A DNA stretch of 64,000 nt, taken from the NCBI RefSeq assembly GCF_000181795.1, contig NW_003526945.1:1771836-1835835 (forward strand). The letters run 5' to 3'. The notes beneath the pieces are model-generated. The model did not search any database. It was not told the origin of the DNA and worked only from the letters and a program-made list of their open reading frames with translations. This document shows, piece by piece, positions 14,988-33,781 of the stretch. The position numbers and the translations under genes are program-made. Position 1 is the stretch's first letter; every line of letters starts with the position of its first letter. The stretch comes from Trichinella spiralis (taxonomy: Eukaryota).

Positions 14988-16231
14988 CGTAGATGAGACT
15001 GCAGAATCTGATCTATTCACTGAAAGTAACTCTTAAATTCACAGTACACGGCTGTACCAGAAGATCAAAACGTACAACAAATAAACCTTTAATTGAGTAA
15101 ATTGAGTCAAAACCAAAATTCGCCGTCACCAGAAAAACAAACTAAAATAATGAAACCACGAACACCATCGTTACCGTAAAAGAAACTGCAGGTCTAATAA
15201 ATGACACTCGTAAGGTCAACGCCATAACTCGAATATAAAAAAACCATTTCTATATAAAGAATCATAAAATTATATAAAAGTATTATGCCAAGTAAATTTA
15301 ATATAAAATCAAAAACAATTTTAAACTCAAACTGGCACTATTAAATAATAACAAAAGGGAGGGTCTAATAATAATAAAATAAGGGATGCAGAAAAATTAG
15401 TAGAAAATTTTTTAATAAACAAAAAAATTTTTAATTTTAGTTTTAATTATTTATTAATAAAGAACTGTCATAATGCAGCCACATTAGCATTATTCAACAA
15501 GAAAAATAACAGTAAGAAATAAAAAAAATTAGGTTATCATAATTGTTTTACAAGAAATATATAATAGATTAAAATTCATCAAATATAATTTATATTTAAC
15601 TGGAGAGATATTTTTCATAAAAAAGTAAGCTAAAAAATGAAAAACTAAAAATTTATAAATCATTTCATGAAAAGAAAAAGCAATTTTATTCATTAGATTT
15701 TTCCTATTTTGAAACATTTTAAGTTTGCCTTATATAACTGAATTATAAATAAAAGCAAACTTTCATGATGATAACTGTGGCATTTATACATTTTATACTA
15801 TATTAGTAAGATTATATTAGTAAGGGAACCATTTGTAATTCACCTGTTAAGAACGATCATATTATCCAATGATTAATCTATAAATCAAAGAAATAACATT
15901 ATTGTGATTGTGCATTTCCAAAGCGAGAATGGAAAGATTAATTTTTGCATTGTATTTATCATTTCATTTACAAATTTCAGTAAAATTTTAATTTATTGAA
16001 TTTAGGTTAGGCTATCTTTTATCAATAACAGGTTTGTCATGATTTCTGAAATATCTTTTATTTGATTTTGATCTCATTATATCAACTTGCACTAGTTAAT
16101 TTTCTTCCAGTTATAATACTATAAAATAAAAATTTAAGTTGTTGTTCAACTGACTCTCGTTGAAATATTCTCATTAAAAAATCAGTGCTGTTACATACAC
16201 ATCTATTAAAGTTCATCGTGAAAATCTTACA

Positions 16232-17589
16232 ATGGTTGTCTTGATTTGGTTATTCCTTCTTCACGGTAGTATAAGTTCATGTATTGCAAATTTTATAATA
16301 AAGTTAATCGGTTTAAATTTTTGTTGCATTCTTTTATTTTAAAGTATTCTGTATTTATAATTACAGTTCTAAAGATTAAATGAATTAGCATGTAGCAGTT
16401 TATTTATAGATATATAAAAGTTATGAAGACAATGAAAAACAAAAAATATTATTTTTAGAATCATATCCATTTGATGCAGCTTTTATTTCTAACACTTCAA
16501 TGTAAGTTGTAATTTTAAACACAATGAAATTTTTTTCAATTATGACATTTTTCCAGTAATGGAGACATTAACTGTGACAACAGTTTTCTGGAATCCTTTA
16601 TTGCTTATTATTTCGATAACTTTGTGCCAGACAATAAAACGCACTTTATTCAAAATCTGCTTTTTGGATCAGAAATTTTTCTACCACCTGTGGAGAAAAC
16701 TTCTACATTTATTGAAATGTGCGAGTAAGTCATTATGATGTTTTCAGTGAATTAAATTCTGTCACATAAGCATAGAAAAAAGATCGAGTTAGTCTAATGA
16801 ACGGCATAACTTTCATTTGTCTCTGCTGATATATATAAATATATATCAATACCATTTTAATTTGATGCTCACATTTCCTAACCGAATGTTTATTTCAAAG
16901 AAAATACAGAGCAGTTCATGAGCAGTTTAAAAAATGCAAAGTTCCTAATTTTGACTATTATGATTCAAGACGATTTGCTTTACTTCAGTTTAGCTGCATT
17001 GAACGATACAGAGGTAAGAAGAACTGTTTTATTACTTCTCGCTTTTCACAAGAAATATTTTTTACTTTGGATATCTCAAGTCATCAAATTATAAGTTTGA
17101 TTCCTTTCACTATATGTGCAGTATGCGTTCTGATGTAAAATTACTTTTTGGAAAAAATATCACATTTAAGAAGCCTATGAACACAGCAGCTGCATTATAA
17201 ACAGCACGACTTCAACAGTTTCGAAATGCAAACCCGAATGCGACAATCTGCGTCCTCAGACTGAAAAAGTTTTCAAAACGTTTGATGATTCAGAGCTTGA
17301 AAACATTCGTCACCAGGAAAATATGACTATTATTTACCAAGAAAACTGCCTGTAAACATTTGCTAATGTAATACTTAATGTTGCCACAATTTGATATTGC
17401 AGATATGTGAGCTGTATTAAGGACTGCCTTATTCCGGAATTGAAAATCTCTTGTGGAGAAGAAGCGGTTCAAGTTTATGATGAAGAATTTACTGTTGCAT
17501 TTGAAACCTTGAATGATATTTATAAATACGAACAAATTGATGAAGAAGATTGGCCTAAAGAATGCCAACTGTTGGGTGAAAAAATCTGA
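16232..17589 (+). CDS. Putative secreted cysteine-rich protein with a CPG4-like (chondroitin proteoglycan 4) domain; 6 exons
   Basis: Phase-consistent exons give MVVLIWLFLLH|ESYPFDAAF.., ..FSCIERYR|EAYEHSSCIINSTTSTVSKCKPECDN..ENCL|YVSCIKDCLIPELKISCGEEAV. The N-terminus is hydrophobic and the Cys spacing resembles nematode CPG4-type domains (recognised from memory). Confidence 0.5.
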
Positions 17590-18274
17590 TGTTTATTCTA
17601 AAATCTTTGCCGATCAAGCTTTCAAATAAGAAAAGTTCTTTAATTTTCAATTTAACCGCTTGAAAGTATTATTTTTTGATTAGCACACTGTTGAAAATAA
17701 ATAAATAAATAATATATGCATTTACAAGTGTGTGTCTTTGTGGTTTAATTTGTGCAATCGTTGTCAATATTACTTAAAATGTATTTCTGGTGAACAGGCA
17801 CAATAATGTGTCTCATCACTTGTAGCTACAGTACAGAATAGTTCCAATAATGAGAATCTATTATTCATTCATAATTCAATTCATTATAATAATCTATTAT
17901 TCAATTCAAACATAAAGGACAGATAAAAGTAAAAACGTATTTTAAAATGCAGTTTACAAGTTTTAGTACAAAAAAATTTTTTAATGATCACCTTCATGTT
18001 AATTTTCGCTTTCAGCAAGAAGAGGATATCAGTTTGTAGACAGATCATCGCTTTGACAACTGATGAAATCAAATTTTTCTTACCGACCAATTTTCAGTTG
18101 CAATTTTATAAAACTGAATACTAAATTATTTTTCTGCTAAAATATTTAAAATCATTTACTGTAAAAAATACACCGGAAACAAAAATCAGAGCACAAAACA
18201 TTAAAAATTGAACATACATTAATAAAATAAAAATATTTTATCACTTACAATATGCCTTGGTATTGATTGTACTG

Positions 18275-18319
18275 TATTGTATTGTATTGTATTGTATTGT
18301 ATTGTATTGTATTGTATTG
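18275..18319. repeat. (TATTG)9 pentanucleotide microsatellite
   Basis: Directly visible tandem TATTG units just downstream of the T-box gene stop codon. Confidence 0.95.
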
Positions 18320-18382
18320 TGTTTCTATTTGATATCACGTAGAAAAATGACTATAATATTTACATAATTTACATGGTTTCAT

Positions 18383-21300
18383 TCAGTCCATTGCTGGTAT
18401 GTAAGGATGGTAACGGCGCGAGTTGGGAGAACTATTAACAAGACTTTCTTTCCAAAGGTGAAAATTAGTTTGTCTTAAATCAGCTTGCAATTGCAATTGG
18501 CGTGGACTAAAATTTTCCACGCGAGAGATACTTGCAGACTCTCCAGTCGCTACTTTGCCCCTTTCAGATCCACAAAACAGCAGCGTTTGCCACATGCTTG
18601 TATTCAATCCAGGCAACGGATTCAACAATGTCCACGGTAATGCTGACGTAACTGTCAGTGGCCACGTTTTCTGCATTCCATATGCTGAATGAAATGGAAA
18701 ACCAGATATCATTGCACCTAAAAAATAACACTACTCTGAAAATGATTTGATATAAATGAGAAAAAAGCGTATACCGTTAAACTGGAAATCACTGACAAAA
18801 TTGGGATGCAATGATGGTACTGAATTGCTTATAAGCGGCGTTCCGGTCGACTGACCAGACATTTGACGTCCAAAATTGCCAGAATCTTCCACGAACGACG
18901 ATAAGGAGGTCCTAAATGTAATAAAACATAGCGACTGAAAAGAATACAATATTCTTGTCGTTTAAATTGTTGCACAATGTCTGTCCTACTATTTTATTAT
19001 TAGAAAATTGCTTTTAATTTCACAAAAGGTTTGCAGTTTGATATTGTATAATTATACTGCAATTATTAAAAAGAAAAAAAATATATATCGATTTATTCTT
19101 TTTGAGCATATTCTCTTCTTGACCTCAGAAAAATGGCAAAATGCACTGGTTGTAGAGGATGAAACATCAAAGCGAGTTGTTCAACGAAGCGTCAATGACA
19201 GATTATAACCTCTGAACGTGCCGCAGCTTTTTTGTCCTTCCTGAAACCCTGAATCAAAATTCAAAGCTTTTCCCTATTTAAAATCGACCTTGCAGAAAAA
19301 GGGCTGAATAATGTTGAAACATTTTGCATAAAACATTTTCATCTGTTTTTATACTATTCGTAAATTCATGCACTTATTATGTATTAACAATTGTTATGCA
19401 TATTTACTTTCACAGTAAATAATAGACCATGTGTAATATTTCTAATATTTATACACTTAAATTATAAAAATTTTACCTATCAAAATCTGACATACGACTA
19501 GAATCACGGAAACCCTTAGCAAAAGGATTGCTATCAATTTTCAACTTGGTAATCTAAAAATGCAAAATAAAATATTTTTAAAATTCATTCTCATTGAAAT
19601 TGAAATTCATATACAAAATAGAAATCCATGCACTTACTAGTTGATTCTGATACGCGGTAACAGCCGTGAACTGTGTTTCAGAAAATACAAAAGTTTTGAA
19701 ATCCTCTTCTTGGAGACGAAAAATTTCCAAATCAGAAAGTCGTCCATTTGTACTTTTGACGAGGTGTATTCTTGGTTGATATTTGTGCATTGAATTTAAA
19801 ATAATCTAAAGTAAACAAGAATAAATACTCACTATCATGCACAGCTTTCAGTGTGAACTTACATGACCACGTTTATCCATGTCATTGTTGGTGAGTTTCA
19901 ATTTTTCGAACGTAATTACTTGTTTGCAAAGTTGCTCGCCGGTAAATGGTGAATCAGGATGTACAAATATGCGACCTGGGGTAGGTTGGTCGGCTTTACC
20001 GGCTACTAGCCAACAGGATCGATGATAAGCGTAACGATAACGTTTGGAATCCAGTGGGACAATATCAAGCAAGACAAAATATTTTGTATCCAATTCGCAT
20101 CCGCTGAACGTAACCCGAATTGTTGGAAACATGCGTCTAGAAATTGGTAAACAGAATCATTTAGCCATATGTCGCAAAAGGAAAGATCGAAATTTGCACA
20201 TTGAGCCCGGCCTCTCGGGTTTTCATTAATTAACCAAAAAGCAACGTTAAACATGAAATGATGCGTTCAATCTACAAATCTCTCCGCGTGCCACGAGGAT
20301 GTTTATCACTTGAATATTTTTCGGACCCCTATTATGGTTCACTTGTACTGCATTCAGCTTTTTTATTTCGTAAGCATTTTTTTATTTCTGATGTGCAGGT
20401 GGTCATAAATTTGGATTCGTAAAGCATGCAGAAATTAGGTTTAATGTGGTTGACCAATCTGACCATCAGCCTACTGTGATAGAACAAGCCGGAACAATTC
20501 AATTGCGTAAATGGCTCACCATTACTGAGCATAATAATCTCTCCTGACAATCAACTTTAATCACTGAGAAAAATTAGTATCCACGACACTTTAACTCATG
20601 AGAAACGAACGTAAAAATTAATGAACACTGATAAATTAAATGTATGCAATGCAATACGTGGGATGGAAGCTGAATTTATCCACTGACACTGAAAACCGAC
20701 AACGTGCTAAAATGCTATGGCTAAAAACTTTTCACTTTATAAACATCAATGCTGTTGTATAAACTACTATTCCGTATTTATTATTCAATTGATAAAAACG
20801 AAAACAACCGCTCACATCCAACTATTACAAATATGCAAAATATACAACAAATATTGAAAACAAAAAACAAATTATTATTATTATTAAAAAATTTTACTGT
20901 TAAAAGTATCATTTAAAAATTTTCAAAATGCATTTCCAAAAACAACTGATTGAATATTAAATGATATGCATGCTCTAATGAATAATATATTTTGTTAATT
21001 GTAAATACACCTTCAAAGACATAGATAAATCTGTTTTTTTTTAACTTTTGAAAGATGACAGCATAATTTTGTATAAATTCTAAATTCTAAAGTGTATTTT
21101 TCTTTGAAATTGTACTTATTAATTAATCAATTATTACGTACTAATTGAATGTGAAACTGCACGAGAATGCAAGCAAAAACTGTGTACCTTCAAAAGTAAA
21201 AGCGTAAAAGAATTTAAATTATTTAAATTGTTGTGAATTGCATATTAAAAGAAGGTAACTTTGCAGTCAAAAAGCCTTTCTGTTGAAAATGTATCTTTTC

Positions 21301-23064
21301 AACATTGGTTGCTAATGATAAACAATACAATAAATAATAAGTAGTGATGGTTGAGTAGATAGATGTGAAAAGATGATTTTTGAATTTGCATGTTCCACTG
21401 GTCCACTGGACCAGTGTGGATCAATTGAAATCGTCACCCAGACATTGCGTCGAAGAAGGCCAAAGCCTTCGGCGTGTCAATCGGTTTTCACGAACGAATG
21501 AACCGCCAAATGCCATCTCCTGATGTTATCTCTAAACGCTGCTTTCCCAATACTCACATCGATCAGGCGATTTCGGGTTAATTTTCCACTAATCCAAAAT
21601 GAATCCGCTTTAAAATGCATAGAAATTTGCGATTTGAGAATAAAAAAATATTTAAAAAATTGCTTTTTCAATCAAGACCTATTAAAATGAGAGAATGATC
21701 GATTTCGAGCTGAAAATTCTTTTTTCTCTTTCCTTTAACTGTAACCAATCATTCGAAATATTTTTTCACTAATCGCTGCTGATCTTCGAAAATGCTAATT
21801 TATCAGAAAGTTGAAAAACAGAAATTCTCGGAAGCATTATTAGTTTCAGATTTTTTTGTCGAATAGTGAAATTTTTGTTGACAGGTTTATATTGAAATGT
21901 AAATTCCCAAAGCAAATTATTCAAACTTCATGCATGCATCGATAATGTTTCACTTTCATCGCTTCATAAAGTTATCTTCTTCTGCAATAATAAAGATAAG
22001 CACCATTACTTTTAAATTCATCACACACACACACAAATGTGTGTGTACATGTTTCCATCACTAACAAGCATTCATTTAATTCAATATAACTTACAGTTAC
22101 CTCGCTTTTTAAAATGATAATATCCCATTAATATATGTTACAATTTTACAGAACATGGCAAAAGCACTCTGCAAAAAATTAAAAAAGTGTAATTAACCAA
22201 AAAGTATTGATAAAACATAAAAAATTAGTCCAAGAATCACTTCACCAAATGAGCTATGGATTCAGTTGTGGTTTGACACGTTAACACTATTGTGGCTTTG
22301 ATCGACTATTCCCTCAGTGAAGCTGTTGGCATCGTCACGGGCAATTAAAATCATGCAGCAATACAATGAAGGTGAATAACTTCTGACGCACTCAATTTCA
22401 ATTTGGCAAATTACTTCACTTAATTCACTTGCTAATATCAAAATCACCTCTCCACTGATAGCACAATTTGCTTGTTTCAGTATTAAAAGTCTTGCCCTCT
22501 TCAAAGCATTTATATTATATTAAATGGAAGACTTACCTTCCTGACTTTGTGATGATCATCTCAGTACCAAGTTCGTGAAATCGCATCCACAAGTCTTCTG
22601 CTTCAAGCTGACATTGCACACTTTTCATCGCTTCACTTTTTCCACAAGTCAAATAGCTTAAATCTGGAGCCGATTCTGCTTGCACACTACTACTACCACT
22701 ACTATTACTGCTACAGTTACTACTACTACAACTGCTACTACCACTGCTTGATGGTGTACTTTTAAACATTGGTAACTGTTCTATGGGAAGTTTGACATCT
22801 TCTTTATCAGCTGTATGTACCTCTTCTTCGACTTAAATATTCAAGTATGCATTGCTATGAAATGAATCAGAGCTATAAATTACCTGAAACAGTTTCAGAA
22901 CTGGCTACTGGTCCGACCAGAGCTTCGATGGTAAAATTCGAATGCTTACAGTCTGCCGGTGCAACAATTCGATCTGAATCATTTGTAAAAGTTGTTGCAG
23001 AACTATCTGAAGTGGATTCCATTTTGACAACTGGATCACTTTCAATTTGAACTGCGGTTTTCAT
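18383..23064 (-). CDS. TBX20: T-box transcription factor, Tbx20/H15/mab-9 subfamily
   Basis: T-box exons '[47 protein letters not shown]..|[37 protein letters not shown]'. RYRYAYHRS is the Tbx20 signature. An N-terminal eh1-like motif FTIEALV is present. Confidence 0.92.
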
Positions 23065-26000
23065 TGTGAGGTCAGATTACGAGGGGCAATAGCAATGATT
23101 CTTGCCAAAAGTGCAAAGAAGAACCTAAGAATGTAAAATTATGGATGCGACGATGATTGGACAATTCAGTTTCGACGTTCATCGTCTATTGGCTAATTGG
23201 AAACAGCAAGGCGGAGGAAAGTAAAATCGAAAGGGCCAAAATGAACATGAAGGTGCATTAGCTGATCAATTTTCAAGCGCAAATCTTTCAGCAGCAATAC
23301 TCAAGAGCACCTCCCGTATACTGTGCATTACCTCCTTCGTTTCTACTGAGATTCTTTTGAAAATGTAGCCATGCAATTTAATAAATGAGTCAATAATTAG
23401 CAATATAACAAGTAATGAATGAATCATATTTTAAGCAATTCAAAAACAGTTTTACATAAAACAAAGCTTTGCATAAAGAAATGAAATAAGAAAACAGGTG
23501 AGCTGTTTTATTTACAAAAACTATACTCTTTTTCCGTTTGGTGTGTAATTTAGTTTTATTACAAACAATGCAATTCACTTTTTAGCCCAAATTGCTTTTT
23601 CAAAGCAAACTTTAAAATCTGTGACTAGAGCAAGTGGAGCAAGAATACAAGAATATAAATTTAAAGGGAAAAACAAATGTTGTGATGAAAGTTTTTGTAT
23701 AAAATAATACAACGAAAAGTAAATTGCGCAGCAAAACTGAATTTCAGAGAAGTAATTGAGAAAAATACAATTTTAAACGCTGTAGTGTATATTTCCAAAT
23801 TTTATCAAATCTATCAACAACCGAAGTGGCCAGTTAAAGTCACAAAAAATGTTCTCCAGTTTCAAAAAAAGTAGTAACTGCTTGAATGCAATCAATTTAC
23901 TCTCAAAATTCTTGTATAAAATCAAAAAAAGAAAAGAAAATTCTTTCAAGTTTAAAATTCACTATAAAAACTCGTGAAATGAAAATTGTTGATTTACAGT
24001 GTAAAGTAAAAAAGGAAATTACAAATGCAAAGGACAACAATGATTTCATTGATAATGCTTCATGCATGTGTGATATGTTTCAAAAATAATACTACATCAA
24101 TTGCTGAGACTAAAATGCAAATTTGCGCTAGCGGCGAAATGATATGATTGATTTCACCGAGGAAAATGCAGTTACAGTTATTTTGAATTATGCATTTCAA
24201 CTTGATTAAGCAATCTGATAATTTCCACTGCATCAACATGGCATGATATTCAGAAATAAAATTTTTCATTTTCTCAAAATGAACGCCGATTTCAACAACA
24301 GATATCAGAATCATTTAAAATTGAAATATATCCATCGATCACACAACCTCAATATAAAAGCTATATTCGGCATTTTATACTGTTGAGCAATTTACTTAGA
24401 TTATAGATGCTCATTTTTTTATCACTAAACGTTTACTTTGCAGTAGTGTTTACATTACTCACAGCTTTTATTGATTAAAGCTGTTAGCGACGAGTGCGGT
24501 TCCAATGCCCAACAGAGCGATACAAAGAATGACTGAAATTCGCCGACTGATAAGTGGGACCCGCTGAAGCAAGCATAACTTTTAAAGCAATGACTACTGG
24601 CTAGATAGGTCATGTCAACATTTTGACTATCACGGTTCAAAAAGGAAGCCCCCTGAGTAGCCTATCACAAACTGACAGACCTTATCTCAAAATTGTGGGC
24701 AAGTATTGAAAGTTTCGTTGACTTGCTTTACTCAGGGGCCAGCCAATATATGGTAGTTACACTTGACTGTTTATGTGGAAAATTGTTCCTTCTCCATTTC
24801 ACATTGAAAACGACTGACTCTCAATCGAATATATAATTACGTCATAATTTGAACAACAAAATTATCCCTCAATTGAAAAAAACCAAACATCCTCCAAAGC
24901 ATTGCTTAGGAATTTGGTTATTGTAAATGCAACAAGAAATACAGTACAAAATTACTTACCAAAAGAAAGAAGAAACCAAAGCAGCAATGTCTCTTTTTCT
25001 TCAACTTTGCAAAATCAAACTGAATGATTCTTCCAAGAAGATGAAGATTAGACGACTGTCTGCTTGTAGGCTTGCATGCCACAACGCAATTTGCAAAAAT
25101 ATAAATCAGAAACTGCTGCAACTGTCTTAACAGTGTGAAAGTTCTTCTGTTCTGCTACTTTGAACTTCAACTTCAACAGTTCCCAGATTTAAAAGCAATA
25201 ATAAACAACTGCACGGTGAGAAAGGGACAAAAAGTGAGGAGACAGTCTGGCCGGCTTTTCAGATGGCCACCAGCGGTGCCAACTGATTCATGGCCATAGG
25301 CGTTGGTTGGTCGACAAAGTCGAGCACATGTGAAGCAGATGTTAAATTACAGGCAAGCATGTACATTGGCGTTTTGTAAAAATTGCTCATAAAATCAAAT
25401 CAAGTCAAGTGGAGGATCGTCATCTAGAGATTGCCTTATTTCACTTCTGCTTTAAGTGAACTGACCAGGCAGTTCTGAAGTCGTTCGAGCCATATTAATA
25501 GCACAAGGCGGCTCGGTTCAAAGGAAACACTGAACAATGGAAATGACTGTCACGGAGTGTTAAGCCGACGTTTTTACAAAAGCCAATTGCAAACGCGAAC
25601 AATTGAATGTCCATTGTCTCCTTTAAATTTAAAAGTGCTCGTCACCGTTTTGCATTGTTCAATCTGGTTTTTATAATATTTTTTTTACCACTCTCAACAA
25701 CGCAATCTCAATCAACACGTTCGCGCAATAATCATTCAAGCAAATTGCTTCTCTTATTCACTGCACAAATGTCTGCTTCTATTGTATTCTTCAACATTAT
25801 TACACTGTTGCATAAGACTGAAAAAAAATAAATTGAAAAATTGAAATTTAAATACTGTTTTCTTTTTCTACCCCTTTCTATTTTTGATGCTCCTATAATC
25901 TGCCAAATGCCCCGGTCATGGTGGTGTAATTGATTAGCCGGCGATGGATGCGGTTCAAATTTGGCAAATATTCGGTGCTATAGAACGATTTGATTTGTCG

Positions 26001-26958
26001 TCGCGCTTGATTTAGCCACGTGCTTTGTGATGGCAATTTTCCCGGCGACGAGATTTGCAGATTTGTTGATAAATCGCCGCGCGTGCTGTTGCAAAGATTT
26101 CAGAGGTAGATAAACATTTGACTCATCATGGACTATTTTAGAAGAGGATCCTCTCTTGGGAAATTGTATATCGTCGTTGTACGCTGATCAAGCGGATCGA
26201 TTCGCACTATAACCACTGACCACTATATTAACCTACAGAAGATTCAAAGTAATTAATCATTTAAATAATTCACATATTTGGGCATGTAAGCAAAATAAAT
26301 TTTCCCCATACAAATATATACATACATACAAACAAACATACATACATACATACATATGCGTGCATATGTATGGAAAAGTGGGGTTTCGAAAAATGCAAAA
26401 CACCACCAAATATCACCAATTCCAAATAAAAATGTCAATCTCAGACGAGCCAGCTAGAGAAAAAGCAAATTATTGGAACGATAGGCGTCGAACCGAAAAA
26501 CATGCATCAAGCTTCTGGTTCATTCATCTGTGCACAAAGATACAATCTTCACTGGTCACTAGTGGCATCCCCTGTTCCAATGCACTGACGGCAAATTAAA
26601 AACAACCTTTTCGCTAATGCGTCATGCAAGCTTCAGCTCATCTCTGAAAGTTCCATTTTGACCGAATCATCCAACCGTGAGCAGCATTTTCAAAAATTAT
26701 CACCATCTGCTTTTCAGTTTGTCAAAAAATTTTCCATCACCCTCTTGAAAGCAACTTCAATATTTTACAACCAATTTCAAATACTGTTGGCATAAAATTT
26801 TTCAAATAAACTACAAAAAAGTAAAAAACTGAAATTACGTTAATATTTTTCGAGAAAATGAAAAAAAATTTTAATGTTCATGAAAAGAAATGAAAAAAGA
26901 AGAGAAAAAATGAGAAAGAAACCAAAATTAAATTAAACTAAAAAAATTAATGAAAATT

Positions 26959-29144
26959 CTATTCGTTCAATTCTGCCTGGGAAATTTTCTCTATCAAAGA
27001 GTGCAACAGTGAATGAAGTTCACCGTCGGAATTTTCCCCAGTTTGTCGATTTGTGATGTTCGTCATTGAGGTTCTTTCTACATTTTCGTAAAATTTCGAC
27101 GAACGCTTTCTGCGATCTGCTTTTGAACAAACATTATCCGATTTTTCAGCTAACCTCTGCACAGCAAAACAAACACACATTTCACAAATAAAGAAAAAAA
27201 TAATCAAGTACTACAGTAGGAATACAGAATACCTTCTTCGTTGTCGACTTGCTCGAAACGTTCGACGACGGAATTTGGACGAGTTCTTCAAACTGAAAAA
27301 GTTTAATCTCTAATTATAAATAAATAGACAAATAAATAAATCACCAAAATAATTATTAAAAAATACTTCTTCCAAAATTTCTGCAATTTCTGCAATTGAA
27401 CCATAATTTTCTTCTTTTTTTCTATTCAATCGTCTTCCTTCGCACAACATGCTTTGCAAACTGGACAATGGCCTTTCAACTCCTTGAAAGCAAAACCAAA
27501 CACAAACAACAACAACACAAAATTTCGCTTTTAAAGAAAACCAGAACTCATACCAGAGGACAAGACATTTTCAACATCCTTACGAGATGTCAACTGCTTG
27601 GATGTATATTTTTCTTCAGATGATTTTGCTGACAGACAATCTGAAGAATTTTGTGTCTTTTTGTCCATAATTACATTCGAAGAGATTGTCTCCTTTTTTA
27701 TCACTAATTTTCCATTTTGGATATTTATATCTTTCAAAGCATCACGCAACGAAGAAGCTTGAAACAACATGTCCAGCACTGATATAGGATAGATTGAACA
27801 TTTACTAAAGTAAACTTACTGTCCGATTTACAACTGCCACTTTCAGCTGTGGTAGGAGGAACATTTCTCATTTTCTAAAATTCATATTTAACCAACTGTA
27901 AAACAATTAAACTTACACAAATACATATATAATAAATAATTATTTTATTAAACTTGCAAGAAACATGAAATAGAGAACAAAATACACCTACCAGTCGACT
28001 GATTTCTGGCTTTGCAAATGGATACATGTCGTTTTCATCTACAGCATTCTGTTTCGTCTTATTTTCTTGATCAAAATTTTCCAAACAACGCAATCTACAA
28101 CAATATACTGTTCAAAAGTTAAATTATTATCACCACATATATTGCATAATGACTGCACAATTGTTTGCATTTTTTACCTCTTAGATTTGGCAGAATTACT
28201 AGTCGACTGAGTGATGTCAGAATGAAAAGAGGAAGAAGAAGCGGAATCATGAGCAGGTGGTCGTGAATTGAAAAATCCACCACTTTCACCAACTCCTTCG
28301 GAATGGAGGAAATCGTCCATTTGAATAAATTTAAAATCACAACCAGAATGTGCTGCGGTGGTGGAAGCCTTTCTTTTCTTCGTCACCGGCTTACAGTGAT
28401 CCTTTTCACCAATCTGACGAAAAACAATTTCTCTTTCGTTTGAATTCTCTTTATTCCCTAAATCAAATAAATTCATTAATAATTTCTTTCACTATTTTAA
28501 AATTAAATATTTTTTCTATTACCAATGAAAATAGAATGTTGTTCCGTTCTGGGTGTGAATTGATTCATTTCACTGTTTGCTCTTATACTTTCGGAATGCT
28601 AATGCAACAGAAAAATGAGTAAATAATAAAACTTTTTAATTACAAAGTTATTATTTGATGAAAAATTAAAAAATCACTTTTTTATTTAAAAATACAATTA
28701 TTAAATGCAGCATAAAAGTACAGTTTCAAAAATCTTTTGAAATATACAATTTTTGCACTTACTAACAAATCAGATTGATCTTCGTTCTTCTTCACAAAAG
28801 AATCGCCTAAACAAATTGATGTACTTCAATTGAAAAATTATGATTTCAATAAACGCTCAAGTAGATTTTCAATAATATTAAAATATAAAATGTCTAGAGC
28901 TTTTCAATTAAATTGAGATTTACGTGTTGCGTTGTGTCGCCTTAGTAAAACTGGCCCACCAAACAATTCCACACTTTCAGGTCTAGAGTGGGAGAAATTT
29001 GGTTGATATCCTCTAGAAAAACGTTTCTGAAAAGGAGATTTTCTGAATGGTAAAAAAAACCACAACAAAGATCAATCTGACCATTGCTGAATTATTAAAT
29101 CGCATACTCCCACCTCGCCAACGACCGTTTCGCACCCAATTCAT
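26959..29144 (-). CDS. Unknown, low-complexity/disordered (S/K/E/N-rich) multi-exon protein starting MNWVRNGRWRGG
   Basis: About 11 exons can be joined with GT-AG boundaries (e.g. ..NEDQSDLL|HSESIRANSEMNQF.., ..SSKSTTKK|RLAEKSDNV..). No recognisable globular domain. The 3' end is uncertain. Confidence 0.55.
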
Positions 29145-29898
29145 TTCTTGACAATTTTGCACTTTGGAAGAAAGTGAACAACTGAGAAATTATCAATTAT
29201 AATATTTAACAAAAAATATACAGCTTCACTTTTCTCTAAATAAAGTAGTTTACGTTTATAAAATTTTCAAATGCAAAATTATATCACGTTCAAAAATTAA
29301 AATCCATCGTACTGTAAAAAATGCAAGCATTAATTTTTATCAACATCTTTTTATTCGCCATTTGAGCAAAATTAAAGTAGTGAGGCAGAAATATAAATAT
29401 TTCACTTTTATTTAAAGACATAAGTTAGCCTTTTTCAAATTTATTTACAATTACATCACAGTTCAAATATTAAAATTTTGTACTGTAGAACTGCAAGCAT
29501 TAATCTTTATCGTAGTAAATTTTCCATTAACTTTTATGCAAAACTGTTACAATTTGGAGCTATTCAACAAACATCAACAATTCAATATTAATAATGAACA
29601 CTTTCCAAATTTCTTCGAGTAATTTAAACTTTTCAAAAGTTGTTCACGCTTTCATATTCAACAAAGCATTACACTGAAAAGAATCATTTTTTTGTAAATC
29701 AATTTGCCAAAAAAAGTTCTTTAATAAAAAAAAATAACTTAAAAACTTCAAAATTTACTTCAGAATTGCCCAAAATAATACGCACTCATGAACCAACGAA
29801 AAAAGGTATATAAATGACAGTGATTATTTGCGTTGAATGTCACCAAATCACAAAATTATCCTAAAGATGCCGTTTTTCACATGGGCTATCTATACTTT

Positions 29899-33781
<3,883 letters not shown>

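Noticed and set aside
16001..16013. TTAGGTTAGGC telomere-like motif
   Set aside because: Fewer than two proper units, isolated in AT-rich intergenic DNA.
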